This document shows positions 58,701 through 64,000 of a stretch of 64,000 bases of DNA, piece after piece (position 1 is the stretch's first letter; the number at the start of each line of letters is the position of its first letter). The notes beneath the pieces are model-generated. The model had not been told where the DNA came from. It saw only the letters and a program-made list of their open reading frames with translations, and ran no database searches. The DNA is from Mustelus asterias (Eukaryota). The stretch covers positions 6,758,001-6,822,000 of the forward strand of contig NC_135830.1 in the NCBI RefSeq assembly GCF_964213995.1. The letters run 5' to 3'. The translations under genes were made by a program, and so were the position numbers.

Positions 58701-61700
58701 GAAAATAGTTTGGTTTTTAGCACAGTAATTGAAGGAGAGATGGACTGACGATTATGAGTGGGAGAAAAATCGGAAAATTAAAGGAATGGTTTTTCCCACA
58801 GAGTGCTCTTCTGAAATACAAAAATTTGAGTGTGAGATGTTTATTGTGAGAAATGTTTCTTCGTATGACAGGGTAGCGAACCTGTGGAATGCTCCAGAGC
58901 AGAATGGTGTGGATGCAATAGAACAAAGCACAATACAGGACAGGAACAGGCCCTTCACCCCACTAAGTTTGTGCCGACACAAATGCCTCCCTAATCAAAT
59001 ATTTTCTTGCCTCTAGATGGTCCATATCCCTCTATTCCCCGCTTATTCATGTATCTCTGTGGGTACCTCTTCAACTTTTGTTCTAGATTCTGATTCCACC
59101 GCCTCCTCCTACAGACAGTTCCAAGAATTCACCATCCTCCACGTGAAATATTTGCCCCTTTCATTTTTTTTAAACTTACCCCCTCTCACTCTCATCTTAT
59201 GACTCTGACGATCCATTCTATCCAAGCCTTTCATAATCTTGTAAACATCTATCAGTTACGCACCCACCCCCACCCCACTCCCTCCTCCTCCCATCCTTCG
59301 GCGCTCCAATGAAAACAATCCAACTTTGTTCAACTTTTCTTCATAGATCATATCCTCCAAACCAAGCATTGTCGTTGTCTCTTAACTACCGAAGAAACCA
59401 TTCTATTCTTTCAAATTTGCTGCAGAAATTCAAACAAGAATAAAACCGATGACAGGGCAGGTTTTCAGTAGCTGGTTCACAGCCACCTTCTCAGGGTGGG
59501 CAATTAATGGTGAATTTTTCAGTGATGCTGACATCCCGAGAATAAATAAAACAGAGCAAAATACTGCAGATTCTTGAAATCTGAAACAAAAACAACAAAA
59601 TGGATACTGAGCAGGTCAGTGGGGATCAGCTGAGAGAGAAACAGATTCGCATTTCATGTCGATGATATAATGCAAAATCTCACTGATGTAATTCTAAAGA
59701 GCAGAACTCGACGCACCGAGGGGAATCCTGAAGAAAATGACTGGGTTGTTGGGTCTTGCAGTGGCCCAGATTCCTAAAGAGACGTGTAGAATTTTGAACT
59801 CCAGAATTCTTGCTCTCCTGCAATCCATCCCTCAGGATAAAGCCTGTAGAAAGGACACTGTCAGGCCATCAATGAACGGTTTTACTTGGTGAAATCGGAG
59901 CATGATGCTGAAAAACCAGAAGACAAAATCAACTGAGGGCAGATGGAGGAAGGGATTTCATAGGTTGAGAATTAACTTTATTTGTCATATAAAATCGCCA
60001 TGTGGAAACCTTGTCAACAATTAATAGAAGAAATCCCTTACAATCAATTTGTATTGCCACTTTAAACTTTATGTAAATTGCATTGCTTTATTTGGTAAAT
60101 CAAACAGTCTGTTCTATCAATTATAATCTGTATGGATGTTATTAAAATGAATCTCAGAATGAAAATATCCTCTGCCAATATGTATTCTTCAATAAAAATC
60201 ACAATTTATTTGGTCAGAGATGTGTGGGAGCTTGCTGTGCACAGATTACCTGCTGTATTTCCAACATCACGACTGTGACTAAATTCAGCAAAGGTACATC
60301 AGCGAGTTTTAAATGCTTTCGGGCGAAATGAGGTCGGGTAAAGCATTTTAAAAATGGAAGTTCTTTTCACATGTCATCATTTTAAGTGTTAATTTTTGAT
60401 ATGTTGAAACCTCTGAAATTAATGTGAATCAAGGTCACTCCTCTGGCTGATGCTTTAACTTGTGTAGTTCATGTAGATTAAATCGCCAATCAAATTGACT
60501 TTCAATGGACCCACAAGCCTGTTCACAGATGCTTCATTTATTATCAGGACTTTTCGAACTGATTCTTATGTTGAATGTATCTTTTATTTTTAATTAAATA
60601 GCATCTGGTCTAATTGGTGTTCAAGAAGCTTCTAATCATTTTGAACCACCTGTGAATATTCTTAAAATAAATCGCTATTGTGAGTTGAAGCTAATCAATA
60701 GGTGGCGGTTTATCTGGTTTTGCTACCATGAACATTTCACTGTAACCAGTGAGATGTTTATGTAAATAAATACAGAAATAGAAATCCCAGATTAGATTGT
60801 TGACTGAAAAAAGAACAAATATTTCGCCATTTGCACAGCACAGAAATAGAGATAAACATGCAAATCAATCAACGTATTCCTGTAGTTTTTATTTTTTGAG
60901 ACATTTCTTCTTCGTCACTTATATGTAAAAAATAAGCTATGATCATATCTACGATCAGAATTAGGAAAAAGCCCCGCTAATTTCGAACTATAATCACACG
61001 ACAAATATGTATGTCGAGATTTCCTGTGTTTTATCTGTTTCTCTGTGTCTTCCTCCTGTCTGGTTCTGTGCATTGTCTCTTCACACTGCGCCATTGTCTT
61101 CAGTCCAGAATGTGAAGTTAACTTTTAGCCGATGTATCACCTTAACCTTATTCATGCGCTTCTAAGTGAATGGATTCTGTTCAATCAATTGAATCCGTAG
61201 AGGAAGCTGTGCTTTAAAATGTGCGTTGATCATTTCCTGTATCTGACCCGGGCTGTGCCAGCCATTTCTATGTTTGAATGGACAGAACATAGGAAGTATA
61301 GCTGACTCTAAGCTGCACTGTACCTGTCCTGCGAGGGTTTGCTATTTACTGTGTAGAGGGAGATTGTCTCTGGATCTAAACTGTGCTGTAAATGATCTGG
61401 GTCTGTTTGACTGGACAGCGCAGAGGGAGATTTACGCTGTACCTCGCACCAATGTCAACCTGCGTTGGGAATCTCTGAAGGAAGAGTACAGAGGAAGTTA
61501 TCCCGAGAGTCTTAAATTCATAGAGATATACAGCACGGAAGCCGACCCTTCAGCGCAATTCCTCCATGCCGATTAGGTTTCCTCAACTGAACACATCCCA
61601 TTCGCGTGCATTTGGTCCATATCCCTCTAAACCTTTCTTATCCATGTACCTGCCCAAATGTATTTTATATTTTGTAACTGTACCCGACTTTACCATTTCC

Positions 61701-62069
61701 TCTGGCAGCTCATTCCATATACGCTCTGGTACACACTGAGACATGGACAATGCAACAGTTAGGTGGATCACATAATACAAAAATAACAGAGACAGTGCAC
61801 AGACTGAATAGCCAAATACATAGACTGGCGCAGAATTGACAAAAGCAGGATCAAGTTTTTTAGAATCTCATGACCTATTAGAGCACTGACTGTAACCAAA
61901 CCACATGTCATACAAGAAGGATGTTGTTACAGTTTCCTGCACTTCATAAATGTTCCAATGCATCAAGAATTCAGACACGGCCTCTTGCCATATGACCTGA
62001 TACATGGTTTGGTGCAGTCATAACTATGAACTTAAATAGGGGCTTGGCCTCATAAAATAATCGATATAA

Positions 62070-62357
62070 TCATAGAATCCCCACAGCGCAGAAGGAGGCC
62101 ATTTAGCCAATCGAGCTTGCACCGACAACAGACCCAATCCCCGTAACATTCACCCTTTTAACAGCCCTGACACTAAGGGACAATTTAGCATGGCCAATCC
62201 ACATGAAGCCACATTTTTGAACTGTGGGAGGAAACCCACGCAGACACGGTGAGAATGTGCAAACTCCACAGAGGCAGTGACCCGAGGCTAGAATTGAACC
62301 CGGGTCATTGGCGCTGTGAGGCAGCAGTACTGACCACTGAGGCACCGCACCGCCCCG
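62070..62357 (-). mobile_element. HE1-like SINE
   Basis: GGGGCGGTGCGGTGCCTCAGTGGTCAG head and GGGATTCTATG tail. Confidence 0.85.
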
Positions 62358-62529
62358 GACATGAACAACTGATGTTGAGCCGAGTATAGAAACAATGGAA
62401 CAGGGCCTGCTGTAATGTGACCAGAGACATGGCCTGGTGTAATATAAACAGAGTGTGTGTGGGAGGAGGGGGGTCGGTGTGTATAAGCAGAGATCTGATA
62501 TATTTACGATTATTGAATGGGATTTTGGT

Positions 62530-63680
62530 GTCAGTGGTAAAATCCACATTTCTTGCCAATTCCTAATTTCACTTGGGAATGGTGGCGAGCCTTCTTCATT
62601 TTGTTCCATCCTGAGTAAATATACCCACATTGATGATCGGAAGGTAGTTCCAAAATGTTAATCCTATGAAAGTGAAATAAAAATGGTGTAGTTCCCAGTC
62701 AAGATGGTGTGTGGGTTTTAGTGGTAACTTGCAGGTAATTGTATTCACAGGCGTCTGCTGCCCTTCTCCTTTCAAGTGTTAGAGTTGCTGGGTTTGGAAA
62801 GTGCTATCGAAGGAATGAGTTGCTGCCATACCAATTGTCTATGATGAACACTGCTAGCATTGTGCATCTATTATGCGGGAGTGAACGTTTGAAGTGCTGG
62901 ATGGGTTAACTCATCGAGCCAGCTGCTTTTTGCTGGGTGGTATTGAGCTTTTTGAGTGTTGCTTCAGGGGCAAGAATCAAGAAAGTAGAGAATATTCAAT
63001 CACACTCCTGACCTTTGCCTTGTAGATGATGCAGTGTTTGGGAATTCAGAAGGTGAGTGACTCGCCACACAATTCCCAGCCTCGAACCTGCTCTTTAGCA
63101 ATATTATTTACATTGCTGCCCAGTTGTTTTCCATCGGGAGTAATTCCAAGAATGATGATAGTGGGGGTTTGAGCGCTCGTAATGCCATCTAATGTCAAAG
63201 GGAGAACGTTGGCATCTCTCTTACCTGAGAGTATAATTGCCAGCCAGTTGTGTAGCGTGAATGTTGCTTTCCACTTCCCAGCCAAAGCCTGAAGGTTTCC
63301 TAAGTCTTTCCGCTTATGGAGACCGACTGCTTCAGCATCTGAGGAGTCGCAAATGTGCAATGTTTGTGGAATGATTAGTGAGCATTGCACGTCTGACCTT
63401 GCGATTAAGGCTGAACATTAGGCCGAGGATACTATACTGAGGAGTTCCTTCAGCAATGCCCTGCGACTGAGATGGTTGGTTTTCAAAAACAACAACCATC
63501 TTCCTCAGTGTTTGGTATGACTCCAACCAGTGGAATGTTTTCCTCCGGATCCCCATAAACTGCTGTTTTGCTCGAACGTTTTGATGTCATAATCGGTCAA
63601 GTGCTTTGATGATGTCAAGGGCAGGCATCCTCGCCTCACCTCATTAAATCAACGACTTTCACGATATTTGGACTAACTTT
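62530..63680 (-). mobile_element. Decayed LINE RT and 3' region (same family as 33640-35080)
   Basis: GIRRKTFHWLESY...GTPQYSILG is a degenerate RT motif. Confidence 0.7.
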
Positions 63681-63689
63681 CTAGATTTA

Positions 63690-64000
63690 GAGATTTTAGA
63701 GGTTTATGGCATGGAAGCAGGCCCTTCGGCCCAACTTGTCCATGCCGCCTTTTTTTTAAACCCCTAGGCTAGTCCCAATTGCACGCATTTGGCCCATAGC
63801 CCTCTATACCCATCTTACCCACGTAACTGTCTAAATGCTTTTTAAAAGACAAAATTGCACCCGCCTCTACTATTACCTCTATCAGCTTGTTCCAGACACT
63901 CACCACCCTCTGTGTGAAAAACAAATGCCCCTCTGGACACCTTTGTATCTCTCCCCTCTCACTTTAACCCATGCCCTCTAGTTTTAGACACCCCCACATC
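63690..64000 (-). mobile_element. CR1 3' end (same subfamily as 13411-13888)
   Basis: Near-identical 3' UTR (CCCTTCGGCCCAACTTGTCC...TAGTCCCAATTGC). Confidence 0.88.

Noticed and set aside
56000-62000. Host exons or TCR J/C segments in the AT-rich distal region
   Set aside because: I saw no FGxG motif with a 12-RSS and no C-domain frame by eye, only old repeat fragments. The search was not exhaustive.

Overview
Eukaryotic, repeat-dense DNA, almost certainly from a cartilaginous fish (shark). The basis is many CR1-clade (HER1-like) LINE fragments, HE1-like tRNA-derived SINEs and Penelope-like elements. I found no intact host protein-coding gene, and most ORFs in the track are spurious or transposon-derived. 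The window is a repeatedly duplicated tRNA gene cluster: a ~1.2-kb tRNA-Val tandem array (2.3-8.8 kb, with an inverted diverged copy at 47-48.8 kb) and a ~9-kb segmental duplication (12.3-20.3 kb vs 21.7-29.1 kb) plus further partial copies. Apparently intact genes are Leu-TAG, Lys-CTT, Asn-GTT, Val-TAC and an intron-containing Pro-TGG, among many decayed copies. Embedded in the cluster are two head-to-head T-cell-receptor alpha/delta-like V segments with recombination signal sequences. Both are disabled: one by a stop codon and a SINE, the other by a frameshift, and it also carries a 3-kb CR1 in its leader intron. Also present are a retroviral-type LTR with a tRNA-Ser primer-binding site integrated inside a tRNA-Val gene, a GIY-YIG Penelope-like element nested in a CR1, and short hammerhead-ribozyme-like elements with long target-site duplications. 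All calls were made by eye, and boundaries of old repeats are approximate.
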